Shown one piece after another: positions 1 to 13,100 of a stretch of DNA of 64,000 bases (position 1 is its first letter; every line of letters begins with the position of its first letter). The position numbers and the translations under genes are program-made. Source of the DNA: Tubiluchus corallicola. Taxonomy: Eukaryota; Animalia; Priapulida. The stretch is taken from the NCBI GenBank assembly GCA_030141605.1, contig JAQGDQ010000193.1, positions 124,001 to 188,000 on the forward strand, read 5' to 3'. The notes beneath the pieces were generated by a model. The model was not told the DNA's origin. It did no database searches and saw only the letters and a program-made list of their open reading frames with translations.

Positions 1-235
1 AGTTTTGCAAAATAATATAAACCGGGAGTTATCTGTTGGTCGGTTCAGTATAACAAAACAAACTTAATACTTTCAGTAAAGTTTTGACTTCAATTACGTC
101 TACACTCTGCAGTTACATTTTTTCATTGCACCTATTCTTATTCAATTTAAATTTAAAAATTTAATTATCCGCATAAATTACATTGCTACGACGACACAAA
201 GTGAACAAAAAGTTAAAAAAAGAGGGAAAATCTAC

Positions 236-374
236 CTCTCTGCACGGAGTTTATTATTCTTGTCACTATACCAGCTAATCATTGGTGGCGGCTCTCCATA
301 AGCTTCACATGGCAATAGCAACATTTCGTCAACCAGAACAGACACATTCCTTGGTCCCCGCAATATTATTGGTC
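236..374 (-). CDS. Internal exon of an immunoglobulin-superfamily (I-set Ig domain) gene continuing off the left edge
   Basis: Acceptor tttatttcag|374, donor 236|gtagat; phase 1 to phase 2. Translation xPIILRGPRNVSVLVDEMLLLPCEAYGEPPPMISWYSDKNNKLRAER fits the N-terminal half of an I-set domain (P-x-I-x-x-x-P, L-x-C-x-A-x-G-x-P-x-P-x-I-x-W). Upstream exons not resolved. Confidence 0.85.
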
Positions 375-1369
375 CTGAAATAAATAAAATCATTGAAACA
401 GAGATACAACAATTTATATTGACACTGAACTAAACAAGAGCCATGCTAAAATAAATGATCTCTTTTCTTCCGTTGTCTTCTACCTAGATGATGTATATAA
501 TTTCCAATTTTAAGCTTTTAGTTTTTTAAAACATTAGATTAAGTGTCTAGTGAAGAGAAATTTCTCTTACGTTTGATGATGGTGCAATCCCACAATTAAT
601 TAAATTTTGGTATGTGTTTGTGAAAATCATTAATATTGACCATGACATTAATATTGCAATAATCAATCAATTAGCTCTTAGGTTTCCATTCCAATGATCC
701 AATGGGAGAAAATGTTTGAATTTCCTGGCACCTAATTAAAAAAACTATCATAGTAAAAATATGGTTTCTAACAAAACTCCATCCTCCTTGATGTATTTAC
801 TCTTCTAATTACTTTATTTTACTACACGGATGTGGATAAAAATGAAATCACTCCACAATGTTTTTAAGCAAAAGAAATGAATATATGATTCATGCTTTTG
901 CTTTCCGAGGTACACTCGTAATAGTGCGCTAACTTCGTATGTTTTCTAAAAACTTCCATCTACAATAAAAAATGACATAAAACAAGGACAAAGTTCTGAG
1001 AATCCTACTATAATATGCCAGTGTCAAGCATCCTCAGACAAGAAACCTCAGTGTAGGACCAAGACAGCGAATGCAGCCAAAAAAAAATTAGCTAGAAACC
1101 AAGAGGTTTGGCCGACTCCACGTACAGTATTTGATGTCCTGGGGCGACATTCGTTTAGAATAGATGTCCCTCTAAGACCAAAAGGCAAGAATGTTGTTAA
1201 CCTTGTTCTACAGACACAGCTAATCTGAGACAATGGCATGTACTAACGAACGTTGATTAGTTTTACATCCACTAGTCTATTACTAGCTTTCTTTAAGGGT
1301 GGATTTCTAAAGGCCTATTGTTTCCCCAATGTACCCAAAATCTCACTCTAGAAAGTTAGATATTAGAAA

Positions 1370-1740
1370 GAAAATATTATACCCGTTAGAAATATCACAA
1401 AAAACCACACAGGCACACACAGTAGTTGAATCTGCTTTAATTATAAACAATCCTAACTTGGCTTTAAATGAAAATCAAGATTTTGCTCCACAAAAGATAT
1501 TGTTTCCATAGATACTCGTACTTTTGTCATATTTTTTTCTTTCCAATTTTTAACCATTCTTTATATATTTCCTGACGACGGCTACTTGGTGTGCAATAGA
1601 AACGCTAGATTTTCATAATAAAAATTTAGATTTTTAATAAAATTTATATAGTAGGCTATTTATCAAACCGATTTTGCTCTTGTTGTAAACAATTTAAAGG
1701 CTTTATATATATATATATCGTACATATATAAGTATATATA
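1370..1740 (+). mobile_element. Degraded 3' end of a Penelope-like retroelement
   Basis: ORF 1329..1511 contains KILYP...AHTVVESALIINNPNLALNENQ, resembling the C-terminus of Penelope GIY-YIG endonucleases. It is followed by a damaged hammerhead core (CTGACGA-cGGCTA...TAG-AAACG, 1572-1604), AATAAA near 1616 and a (TA)n tract from 1704. Confidence 0.5.
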
Positions 1741-4539
1741 AGTACATACATATATAGGTTAACTCATACACACAGGTTATCTTTAGTCTATTTTTACACA
1801 TCTTTCTAACTAGTCACAATTAGTGAGGCGACTCATACAAAGTATAAAACAACATGCTCTCCATGTAAAAACAACAGGTAGAATAATAAACTAATTAGCA
1901 TAGACAAAAATGAGTATACAGTTTATAAACGAGCTCGACTATGTACTTTTTACATAAAGCACTCTATGCTCTCAGCGCGATTAATTAAGTATTAAGAAAA
2001 TTTTAAAAATTCATTCCTTTCAACGAGCCACCATTCAATTCGAAATACAACTAAAACGAAAACAGTTGCCAATTTTTAGACTTAACTATCAGTAAGTTTA
2101 ACTTTTCACCGGCTCCCAGGAGTTGTTTTGTTTGCGAAATACCTGTGTAAGGGTGAGCGCTCTCAGCCAGTTTTGCAGCAACAACTATAAAATTGTTCCT
2201 ACAAACGACTCAGAGCTCTAAGCGACATTCCTATGATTGAAATTCGTTCTGTAATTGCGCTACTTAACACAGATCGCTGGTGCAATTCTGACAGAGCGAA
2301 TAGTAAATACACGGATACTGGCGTGCGCCACATTCCACGCATGGCGCTAAATTGGTGTTTTGCTTCACGAACTAGACGGTACTTTTTAGAAAACGCTTTT
2401 TTATACCAACTATTTCTGCTTTATTAATGCGAACCGTGTGACGTCGTCGTCTAAGAAAAAAGAGTCGAATTTTCAAGTAGATGCTTTCTTAGTAAATTAT
2501 ACACACAGTTTCTAGTTTACTAGTTTCTAAAATAGTTTCCCATGCTTTCTTTCAATTGAAAATGTTCTCAGCTGTCGCTAATACCCCCAACAACGAGTTT
2601 TTGCGTCTGTGCCACTTCCTATATAAGCAAAATTGATACAAACAGTACTGGGAAAACATAACTTTGACCTCTAATTATAGATTACAATGGGCAATACGTC
2701 TCCGGTTTTTCAGAATGAAATTATAGAAACAGAGCATTCGATAAGGCTTTTTTGGTCCATGTCTGGCTTTAACGTAAAAAGAACATAAAAATGAATTAAG
2801 AGTAAGCGCTCTATATATAGGCATTCTCTAGGCAAAATAAAACGCAGTGAAGATTTCAGGTGTGCACACAAAAACCACCTTTTAAATGTTCACGAAATGT
2901 TCATTTCTAAATTGAGGAACTCGAACACAGTCCGCGTTCTACTCGGTGATGGCAATAAATTTTTGAAAGAAACTCATAACAGAACAAGACGCTAAAGTGA
3001 CATTTCTGCGACAATATACCAATTACTGTGTCCTAAACGGGGTTAAATAAATCTACCACCAAAAGTATGTTTCAGTGTTACCGGATATGTGAGATTAATG
3101 GCTTAAATCAAGTTCCCAATATTTAGCTTATCAAGTTTATTTGTCTCACATGTCAGCTTTCTTAAAGTTTAGCACATTAGAAGCGACTTAATGAAATTCA
3201 ACGCTTAATGATGGGCCTACTTCTAGGGTTGAATGATTGTGATACACACGATATACGTGTGTAGTAGTACTAATACGCGGAGGAGTGAAAAAAACGTACA
3301 GTGCAATTGGAAAATCCTTACAAGTTACAAATTTGAAAGACGTATCATCCTCCAAAAAGCATGCTGTATTTTTTTGTAATATTTTCTAATTTATTATCCG
3401 TTTCAGCATGTAATTTTACATTACAATGTAATTTGCGTTATTATTCTACAACTATTATGTGCTATAGCTAAGAAAAAACTTACAAATATTGTTGTAATAA
3501 TTATAACAGAACTGCACTAATATAGTTCTTTGAATTTGAAATATAATTTGTAAAATATTTCGATTAGATCTAGACAATTAGATCTTGAAAAGCATTATTA
3601 CTACATATAAGTAAACGAAAAAGTAACCAGACAAAGAATCTTTGCAATATTTACAGTAAAATTTCATTATTGCATGTATTTGGCCATTACTTTATGATAA
3701 CTTGTTTAACCTGTCCTGTGAACAGCATAGTTCAAAATGATTACGCCTAATCGGTCTTTCTAACTCTTTCAGTTACCACCAACAAATTTCACGCACGCTC
3801 GAGTTTGGATTAAATTGTTTCGAATCTCCGCAGTGTTCTCGTACAAATTAAAAAAGTTTAAACGACGGGGAACTTAAAAAACGTATCTTACTAAATAGTC
3901 TTAGAATCATACAATTACGCCTAAATGTACATAACGCCCAATTAAGTTATTTACGGATTGAGTAACGTTACTTTGAGTCTAGGCCACTGTCTCAAGCAAA
4001 AATTAATCGTTCATAAAGTTTCTGCCAATACATTATTAGAGATTATTCGCAGACTTGTTATCTGTAGTATCGTATTTTTATGACAGTAACACATAGGCAT
4101 AGTTTTAGTGTACCTAACTATATAGCATAGCACAGTGTTTTTATTTTATCTTTGTTGTGCTCGATGTGTCATTTTGGTAACGTCTCTTTGAACTATAGTT
4201 TTTTCTAGTTACCCAATATTATAGTGTATTTGTCTCGAATTAAATAGATAAGTAGTCAACAAACTAACTAACTACAAGTTTACACTAGCCAACGACTGTA
4301 GAGAGAGGTAAATGCAACAATTTGAAACTATGCAAAAATCCTGTCAAAGGACGTTTTATATCGACACAAATCAGTTTAGAGCTATAGACGGCACAGACGC
4401 ATTTGTTTTTGTAATTAATGGTCACGTGTTTTGAGAAACAGGTACACGTTATTAATCTCTGCATAGTTCTAGACTTAGTGAGAACTTGGCTAAGGCAGCA
4501 GCAGCAAACTAGTACACATATTTCAGATTGTCGTCTGGC

Positions 4540-4950
4540 CGTGCCCCGCGGGGCTCGCATACCGTGACTTGAATCACCTCATAACCAGCCAGTGTAGGAA
4601 TGACTGGAATTTTGTTGTTCTGTGTGCAGGACGGGACGGGACGTCCAAGAACCCGCTGTACGCCATCGTGCGGGAACGACCTACCCCCAGACCAAACTGC
4701 CCAATTACGCAAGACATTATCCTGGACATTGGAAAATCGTCAGTGAATAAAAAACTAAAGGATGTGAAAGTCAAACATTTTTGTTGATACTACACGAACG
4801 AGACGAAACGACTATTATGCGAACGCCCCCACCCCGGAGGTCGACCCCCACGCCCCCGGCGGTAAATGTTTGTACGAAATACTACCACCATTTCGGCATG
4901 TCTGTCACGGAGGACGCGCACTTCGTTACAGTTCGTCTTAAACAGTGCCG
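4540..4950. promoter_or_regulatory. CpG/GC-rich segment, possible promoter or first-exon region (perhaps of the Ig gene)
   Basis: Clear rise in GC and CpG density (gccccgcggggctcgc, cgccccccaccccggaggtcgacccccacgcccccggcgg) against an AT-rich background. Function is inferred only. Confidence 0.3.
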
Positions 4951-7212
4951 GTTTACATGTAAGTCCTGTATTAGGTACATATAGGACTGCTTAAAAGTTA
5001 ATAAACATTTACTGATAAAATTTATACTTCAGACAAGGTCGATCACATTAAAACAAGGAGGTCGCGGCGTCCACATTAAAGATGATACATCTTGAAAAGA
5101 AGATCACTTTTAACTCATTCCAGCTCTTGCTTTCTCCTTTTGTTACTATATAAAATAAGACACTGTATAATACATTATAATGTATGAATAACATTGTACA
5201 CTTATAATATTAAATACATACGTATTATACAAAAATTTTTGTACTGCTAGTTTGCTATAACATAATTTAATTTATATAATATAATTAACTTTATATCATA
5301 TGAATATAATTTGCTAGACAAGAGATCCAAAGAGGCCTAAATATTAAATAATTAAATGTCTTAAATACTTAAGAACTGTGTGATAATTAATGGGCTTTAC
5401 TTTTTCAGTTTAGCCAATGTTAGTTAAGGAAATATTTCGCAATGTAGAGTTAACAAAATTAAAACTATGGGAAGTTTCTGACGTTCAGACATTGGTTAGT
5501 CAATCACATAAATGCAGAAATTCTGGGCAACTATACTAACCTTTATACCACAAAAGGACCTGACTTTTCAAACCTAGAAATTTATTAATTTATTCTACAA
5601 ACCACTAGAGGCCCATCAATTATTTCACTGTTCGGCACATTGAAACGTTGACAAGGAAGAAACCTATTTCATTTCCAGGAATAAGCCTGTAGGATAAAAC
5701 ACTGAAAGGACGCCAGTGTCTTTTTAGCAAACGCCCCTGAACATGCATGCATTCGTCTCCAAAAACAGAAACTGCTGTAAGGCAGAAGAAACTGCCTATA
5801 TACTAACCGGCTTTGGCAATGTTTAACTTTCACACACATTTTGTGAAAACTCAGTTGTTCTCTTGCTCCAAGGTTACAATTTTTAGTACTGCAGTCATTT
5901 TAGACCAGGTGTGTATTGGTTCCTTTAAATTAACATTTCGATTTTGAGCCGTTGTCAATACACAAATGAGTCAATGACACAAGTCACGCAATATGGTGGT
6001 GACAACCATTATCAACACTCCCTTCCCAATTCAGAGCGGGGCCCGCCTTCCTAAATCCCACCAGAACATCTGTCGCTCTAGGAAGGGTTGGCTAGGGGTC
6101 AAAAGCCTTGAACCGTATTGCACGACACAAGATTACGCATGCTGGATAATCATCCTGTAAAAACCAAGCCCAGCCCACACCAGATTTGTGAGCGTTTCAA
6201 AAATTCCACAAACTAGCTTCTGATAACTGATTTAACTATAGAACTTGTGTGTCACAGACACCACCGTTTTTGACAGTCATTTACGATACTTAGTTATGTT
6301 ATAAGCATTTTAATAGCCATAAATGTTGTGGTTCATGATGTTGTTCTCTGTGTTGTTACAATTTTTATTAGGGATTATTTCACTACAGCATGCAAAATTA
6401 ATAAATATATATTTATCACTATCAATCCCATCACGTACAAAATTTGCAAATTACAGTAAATACATGGCATAAAATTAAGCATACAATTAAAGTATATGCG
6501 GCCTTTGATCATGCAGAGACACAACATTCAACTTGGCTATAAATACCAATAAAAATAATAGCGAAATCGTTAAAAGTAATAATGAATATTTATTTCAAAT
6601 ACAATAAAATACAAAATAAACCGTTCAATCAAGCTGACGTGTCAACCGCTGTCACATTTTCTACTGTGCAAAACCAGACAGATTTAAGGCAAGTGACAGT
6701 TCTAAAATGAAGCTTTAAGATATATTATGCATTTTGAAAAACTTTGTGGCCTCACTTGTAAACACTAGCCAGAAAGCGACCAGTAAACCAGTATTGTAGG
6801 TGGCTCTGTAAACAAGCGCCTAGCAGAGATAAAAAAATGTTCTTAGTTATTTTCATATTCTTGTTCATCCAAATATAATTCCTGAACGTAAAAAAACTAA
6901 AATTAAGTAACTAAATTTTGTTGTTTTTCTTTCCATCCATGTATGGAAGGGGTTCAAATTGTTGTGGTGCATACTGTAACTCGCGGTCTTGAAAAAAGTC
7001 GCTCACCGAATCACTGTCCTAAGGTCCAAAGCAAGGTCCAAAGAATAAAAAATTTTATGGACAGGGCTTACCTACGCTTCAGTAATTCTGATTGTAGACG
7101 TACTTTAGTGGGGTTGTCCCTACTCACTGTCAGCCACGTGTAGTGGGGTAGTTCAAGATCGAAGCAAGGTCAAAGATCAACCACAACTCTAAGAACGCAA
7201 GAAGGTGGACTA

Positions 7213-8224
7213 TCAAATACATTTTAAAGTAACAGAATCTGGAAAACTAGTTAAAAGAAGGCCAGAAGGCTGAAAAGGTGCCAGCCTATGTTTCCGCACT
7301 AAAAAGTCTAGCGCGTCCTCAGCCAGTATATGGCTACATTGCTGATAATCATTTTGCATGAAATGCTGCAGTAGAAATAACAGCAGTATTATTATGTGTA
7401 AAGTTAAAAAAATAAAATTACAGAAACACATTTGTAATTAGGCACAAGTGACAAGTGCTGATCATGAGGGACTGTTTGTCTTTAACAAATCCATTTGTTT
7501 TTTTTAATTTGTCATCTTATTCAAACTAGTTGGTCTATTTTATTTGTATTAGAAATATAGATTCCAAGGAAGACGAACATGTATGATTCAAACAAAATTA
7601 TGCCACCTACTGTCTAGACAACTTCAGAAAACAGTATGTTAGAAGTGCTATACAGTACCTACAGGAGACAACAGTTGTGTACTTAACTATTATATATTTC
7701 AATGAAAATGTGACTAAAAGCAAAAAAAAGTTGGGCCTAAACTATATCAAAAATTCTACGCAAAATTGCCTATCTGAAACAGGTGGGCAAAAGTTTACAC
7801 TTTACTGATATTGTTTAATAATGACCCACCAGAAATTAATGAACAACGTATATAAAACCCAAAACAGTGTGGTGGCCATTGGTAAACTATAGAACCTGGT
7901 CTTTAAAAATGTTTTCACACAAGTACGGGGTGGGAGACATGTGTAGTGAGGAAGAGAGAGGCATGTAGTTAGGTACACAGTAATTCACGACCATGAAACA
8001 AATGGTTCAGTCTTATTTATCTTGCTAGTCTGATCAAAACAGTTCAACTTACTACTACAGTGTGGTACTAAAAGACAAAACTTAGCAGTATTTCAAGGCG
8101 TGATGATCAAAAAATGCGCAAACCCAATCTGCCTTACATCTACTGATTCTATCGCCTCATCGAAGGACAGCATTCGCAAATTTTTCCATGCCTTCATGTA
8201 CTGTGGAGACATAGGCTTCAACAT
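7213..8224 (-). CDS. Candidate two-exon 79-aa protein of unknown function, divergent from DNAJC21
   Basis: Exon 8224..8138 (ATG to GAT|gtaag, phase 0) plus exon 7365..7213 (ttatttctactgcag|CAT to TGA, phase 0) give MLKPMSPQYMKAWKNLRMLSFDEAIESVDHFMQNDYQQCSHILAEDALDFLVRKHRLAPFQPSGLLLTSFPDSVTLKCI. In-frame stop lies upstream of the ATG. Likely 5'UTR exon ends at 8940 (CAGG|gtaag) and splices to the acceptor at 8302. Confidence 0.5.
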
Positions 8225-9279
8225 AGTATCCGGTGATTTCCAACAGCTTTTGATATTTTTTATACACAGACCAAGTACTTAGTTATACAATTTTTTTGGG
8301 TGCTACAATGACAGGTTTTTAATGTTATGACAAGGTAGTAGCTATCAGAATGCACTTCATGAAAACGACTAGGCTCTATAATGATCACAAGTTCTAAACT
8401 TTACGTTATTTCGTGACACATCAACTGGTTTAAAAATTTACAAAACCCATAGTGTCTTGAAAATATATTTAAGTTACCGATAACAAGAGCACCAATTTTT
8501 GCTCTGCAATTTCAAATTTTATAAACCACATAGGTCTAATACTTGATCGTAACAATGAAAGCATAACACAGCGGTTGTATGTAGGTCTAATTTATATAAT
8601 TTGTTTCACTGTGTCCAAATGCTAATCAATGTACAACTTTTCATTAACTTTTAAGACAGTGTTTAACATAGTTTGATGACATGTCCAATGGTTATTTTTT
8701 CAAGATTTAAGATTTAAAATAATGTGACAACAGTATAATGATATCCTGTCACAATAGGTAGAAAGACTGATAGAGCAGTTTGCAACTGATGTGGTCTTTT
8801 TAACATCTCTTCACAGTGAATGTACCAATGAATCCAGTACAACGACATAGAAAATAAGCCTACATTTGCAATTAATAAAAGTTATTAGTTACATTGTCGC
8901 TTTACAGAATGAGCAAAAACAATTTCAATAAAATCTTACCCTGAAACTGTAATCCACCACGAGTGCGTCTGCTGCGAATAGTAAACCCATTTCCAGATAT
9001 ATCCAAAAGAATGAACGGTAAAAGCAAGTATGAAATCGAGCTTGAACATTTCATATTAATCAATGGCAGGAAACACACAGCCATTCATGATACTTGTATT
9101 TTAACCCAACATCGTAAACACTTGCACGTTACCACTATCTCAATGACCCACAGTCACGCTATTTTACCAAAACCAATACCCACGAAAGTCACATTGCTTC
9201 CTAGAGTATCATTCTTATCTTGATAACAAAGTCAATATATACAACATAAGATCGCGTCAAAACACTACTAACCAGGAAC

Positions 9280-9420
9280 GGAAACTTATCATGTTTCTCA
9301 CACTTCATCCCGCTTCTTTCCTGTATCGTATGGTGCGCCATCTGGTATTGAAACTTAAACGTTCTGCGCCACCTTTTCTTAGAAAACTGAAGGAATTCGT
9401 TGCGGAATTTCGTAAGTATG
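9280..9420. promoter_or_regulatory. Putative bidirectional promoter and DNAJC21 non-coding first exon
   Basis: Plus-strand donor C|gtaagt at 9412 fits the acceptor tttatgtctag|10101 just before the DNAJC21 ATG. A minus-strand donor lies at 8940. The segment between is relatively CpG-rich. Confidence 0.45.
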
Positions 9421-10121
9421 GCTTTCGGTAATATTAACTATCGAAAGAATGAAAACTTAATGTGAAACTATTTAAATTTATTTCTGTATGTGTATTATAA
9501 AGAACATAACAAAATCTGACTCAAAGTAACAGACATTTGCTTTTAAAGTAGTTTAGGATGACCAGTTGGTAGTTATAGTTTTAATGTCTAGAATAGGCCT
9601 AGTTGTTCACATTGTAAACATGATTAGATTATAGCACTGTACTAGACTGCTAATCTCAAATTTTGTGCTTCGGCCTTATTCGACAGCTCTAAAGCTACAA
9701 TTTTTGGGCTAAACTTCGTTATCTTGAGTTCCAAAAAATGAATTTGTCTCATCCCGCAAGATGCTATCCTGATTCCTTGGTGATCTTTTTTCATTGCCTT
9801 TTTCCACTAATTTGAATTATCTTTAGTGTTAATAAAAAATGGGAATAATTACCATAAAATATCACAATTATTAAGTTACTAGCTATATTAACCAGCCAGG
9901 AAGAATAGCTAGCTGTAATGAAATTGTTAGAAGTGCATTGTATAGTTTAAAACAAACAGTCACTATAATCACTCTTTACTGAAGACGCACTGAATAATGA
10001 ATCTAGTAATGTGCATGCATGGCCTGCACATTAAAAAAGTCAATGGCATGGCGTTCTCGAATCAATTCGCTGTAATAACTGTCAAATTTTTTATGTCTAG
10101 GAAATTAAAACAACTGCTTTT

Positions 10122-13100
10122 ATGAAGTGCCATTATGAAGTTTTACAAGTTGAAAGGCAATCAAGTGCTGAAGAAATAAAGAAGAGTTATCGCAAATTAG
10201 CTTTACAATGGCATCCAGGTATAATTGTCTGCTTGTACGCGCCACTACCTATGTCGCTAAAGCATAAGTATTATTAAATATTTATTTATGAACCGAATTC
10301 CAACATTATTGACACTTAATAATGAAATAAAATCTGCGATTATTATGTTTTTAATGATAAATATCATCACCATCATATGCTCATTATATCCGTTTTAAAC
10401 AATGAGCAAGGAGAACTCTAAAATAAAAGAAAACTGCTTTCAAGACACAAGCATCACTAATCCGGCAAACTAAATACTGTTATGCCCGTGGCTTACTGCA
10501 TCACTTTTAACATAAATGTGACCAACTGAAAGCAAATGCAAAAAAAAAATCGGGATTTAACTCACCTTTAACTTGCCTTTGCAGTTACCCCTATTTGTTG
10601 GCTATTTTTGTGGCTTTAATTTTGGTAGCTATTGTGTAAGGAATCCAACAGTCTTTAAGTCACCTTTGCGTTTAACTCACACTTGAACCTGTTCTTGGAT
10701 TAGTTTTGTATTGATAGCTTACCAGTCAATTTAGCATTTGAATTAGTTTATACTTCCTAGAGTACTTCATAGTCAAAAAATTTTTAATTCTACCAAGCGT
10801 AAACCAAATTTTTGTAAATGTTGAAAATTGGTTGGTGAGCTGTTGAAGACATGCGACTGTGCAATCTAGTTATGTAATCATGCTTTCAGGTTTGGCTAAA
10901 ATGCGTGCCCTTTCCATTTTTAAATTAATTTTTGAGTTCAAGTTTGATTTCAAAAATAATTGTGTGTTCATTTTTCGTGTAATCAATATTATGCTGATAT
11001 TGTGTCATTAATCTCATTTGTGAATATTTTAATTCTTTTCATTTTGTATTTTTATTAGTTCTTTGTAGTTGCAGCATAAAATGTGATTTTATAAGAGCAC
11101 ATAATTTCTTATTAGATTTAAGTAGGCTATTTAAGTAAGTTGTACAAACTCATGTTTTTGCAATGTTGCATAATTTTATTTGTTATATTTTGTATTTGTT
11201 CTTGTACTTTGATTTTTTTGTAATTGTAATTGTTTGCCATGGTACATTATTGTATTTGTGCAATAAAATTGAGTTGAATGGATACCTTAGTGTATGGTAC
11301 ATTATTGTATTTGTGCAATAAAATTGAATTGAATTGATACCTTAGTGTCAAGCACTGAATTATTTTCCTAGCTTCGTAGGTATGTCCATGAATAAAAATG
11401 ATATTGTTTACTAGCTCCTGTAGGCTGTATTGGTGTGACTGCCTAATATCATCAATTCATTGTCTTCTGCTTTCACAATCGCAGTATTCTATGGCTAATA
11501 GCACTGAATCGCTTTATCATTAATGCCTTCAACATTCTGCAGGGTGTTTCAAAAGAAACTGTGCAATAGAAACATGCTGATCTGTATATATTGGAATGTA
11601 GTCAAAAACCAAGTTATATAGTAGAAAGCTTGGAGCTATGCCAATATAATATTTTTTTTGCGATGTTATAATGTTATACTGTAGAAGTCCAAGTTCATTT
11701 TGGAAATAAGGTGTTACTTAAAGCATTCAGTCTGATGAACTTGAGTGTGTTTTTCGTGACATGCAGCGCTGCTCCTGTTTATGTTTCAAATTAACTTTGT
11801 TTTCTAGATAAAAATCCTGAACGCATAGAAGAGTGCACAAGACAGTTTGCTCTGATCCAGCAAGCATACGATGTACTTAGCGACCCACAAGAGCGGGCGT
11901 GGTATGATCGACATCGAGAGCAGATTTTGAAAGGAGGTAATAATAACCTGAAATTTCTTTTATTGCATTGTTTGGAACTTTACAAGATCCCTTTGTTTTC
12001 TTTTAATTACCCATAAGGAAAGCGAATGATGAAAATCCTTCCCTTGGGCTTGGACTCTGGGCTTTAATTTTTGTTATTAGTTTGTTTATGATGGATTATT
12101 CGTGCCTTTATAAATTACATTTCATTAAATAGCTCCTGGGATTTATAAAACTAAATTTGGACTACATGGTTTTATATAAATTATAATCTTAAATTGTTAT
12201 GTACATCCGTTACAATTATTTTTTTCACGTGGTTCCAGTAACCATTAAATGTCTTTCCAGGACTTGGTGATGACTACAAAGATGACAGTTTGGACGTGTT
12301 CCAGTTTTTCACTGCTTCCTGTTACAGCGGTTTTGGAGACGATGATCAGGTTCGCATATTGCACATGCTGTGCAAATTTCTATTTGCTTGTTTATGTTCT
12401 ATTAAATAAAATTCGTTCAAAGGTGGCCGAGTTTCATCATTTCGTGTTCTAAGTAAGGCATATAAGCCCATCATCTGGTTAAATCTAACTTAGTAATTAA
12501 GTTGATTGCAGAACTGATCTTTCAATTTTAGTAAATTGGAATTTTACATACATTTAAAAATGTAACCGATCAAGCATAGTGTAAATATGAGATGTTTGTA
12601 GAAGATACTGGATATGTGTGCACCTGCCAAATTAAATTTTATTGTTTTTTTTTCCAAAATACGTATGTGTTGCCTGTCTCCATTCCACCCTCCCCACCCA
12701 CATCAAGTCGTAAACCAGCACTTATGGTTATTTTATTTTATCTATAATGTGATGGTTGATGCTACGAATATTGTGAACAGCTGGTATGAATTAATAGATT
12801 TGGGAAATGTAGCAATCAGTCCTAATGTTTTATGTAACATTTTGCATGCTACTATTCTCTGATTGAGTAACAGCTTTTACTCATCCCTTATCACTACCTG
12901 CCTGATGTACGTGTACTCTGCAGTTTCCTGAGCTGTAGTTAATTTCTGATATAATCTTGCTGCCTATATTGCTATTTTGGAACCTATGTTCTCATTCCTG
13001 CTATGTTTTTCAATTAATTTTGCTCCATGTTGTCTTTGTTGCTCACATACGTTTGCAGTAATAAGCTCTCTTGCTTGTTTCGTATTTGCATTTGTTTTTA

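Noticed and set aside
4285-4984. Cluster of overlapping 66-91 aa ORFs
   Set aside because: Expected in a locally GC-rich patch. No domain or consistent splice chain, although MRAPRG...CCCCLSQ cannot be fully excluded as a first exon.
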